Shown: positions 63,681-64,000 of the stretch, piece after piece
How the letters are laid out: each line of letters opens with the position of its first letter
Position numbering within the stretch: the first letter of the stretch is position 1
DNA from: Phoronis australis
Taxonomy: Eukaryota > Animalia > Phoronida
Assembly: GCA_002633005.1 (NCBI GenBank)
Contig: NMRA01000762.1
Span: 96,562-160,561, forward strand
Direction of reading: 5' to 3'
Length of the DNA: 64,000 nucleotides
Made by a program: the position numbers and the translations under genes
Notes under the pieces: generated by a model
Seen by the model: the letters and a program-made list of their open reading frames with translations, nothing else
Told to the model about the DNA's origin: nothing
Database searches by the model: none

Positions 63681-64000
63681 GCAATTCGCATCAGAACTCC
63701 CAAATGGTATCTGGTACAATTTTAGAGGGGCCATGACCCCCTTGCCCGTTTTAATAAAATGCAACTGTGCTGCGCGTTTTGTTGATCTGCGCTATATGCG
63801 GATGACGTCATCAAAACCGGGGTAAATCTATATATTGCGCAGGCCCGTTTGTGGTTCCTGCGAAAAGGCCACGCTTGGTTTCCCCACTACACCACCGGAA
63901 GTATTGGAGTCTGTGCGCGCGCAGGGAGGTCAACCTACCGGATGCTATATGTGACCTCCTTCTGCATGACTGAGACAGAAAGTCAACTGCGATTATTTAG

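Overview
AT-rich invertebrate animal genomic DNA (spliceosomal introns, four assembly gaps; lineage cannot be fixed from sequence alone). Four host genes can be reconstructed by hand. (1) A single-coding-exon dual-specificity-phosphatase-like gene (9265-10692, +) whose catalytic Cys is replaced by Ser. (2) TMEM216 (-, about 17890-27625). (3) SND1/Tudor-SN (+, 19 exons, 27914-45747), head-to-head with TMEM216 with only 288 bp between start codons. (4) A 10-exon F37C4.5-like DUF4140/DUF4139 gene (-, 48295-59828). The rest is transposon debris (AcademX 3' end, TTAA-flanked Kolobok-like derivative with THAP and PYxFEP ORFs, AcademH-like transposase relic, Harbinger/Transib/Academ-type MITEs, a HINE-like element), minisatellites and two haplotype-duplication assembly artefacts (844 bp at 6.8-8.5 kb; SND1 exons 6-8). 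The most unusual observations are: an intronic minisatellite in the ciliary gene TMEM216 built from RFX X-box-like 14-mers; a PPT + TG..CA LTR-like unit with a tRNA-like Pol III module present as an inverted pair next to the TMEM216/SND1 promoter; a 48-bp minisatellite that amplified an exon end plus splice donor about 9 times; and a tandem-duplicated splice acceptor in SND1. Family assignments are from motif recognition, not database searches.
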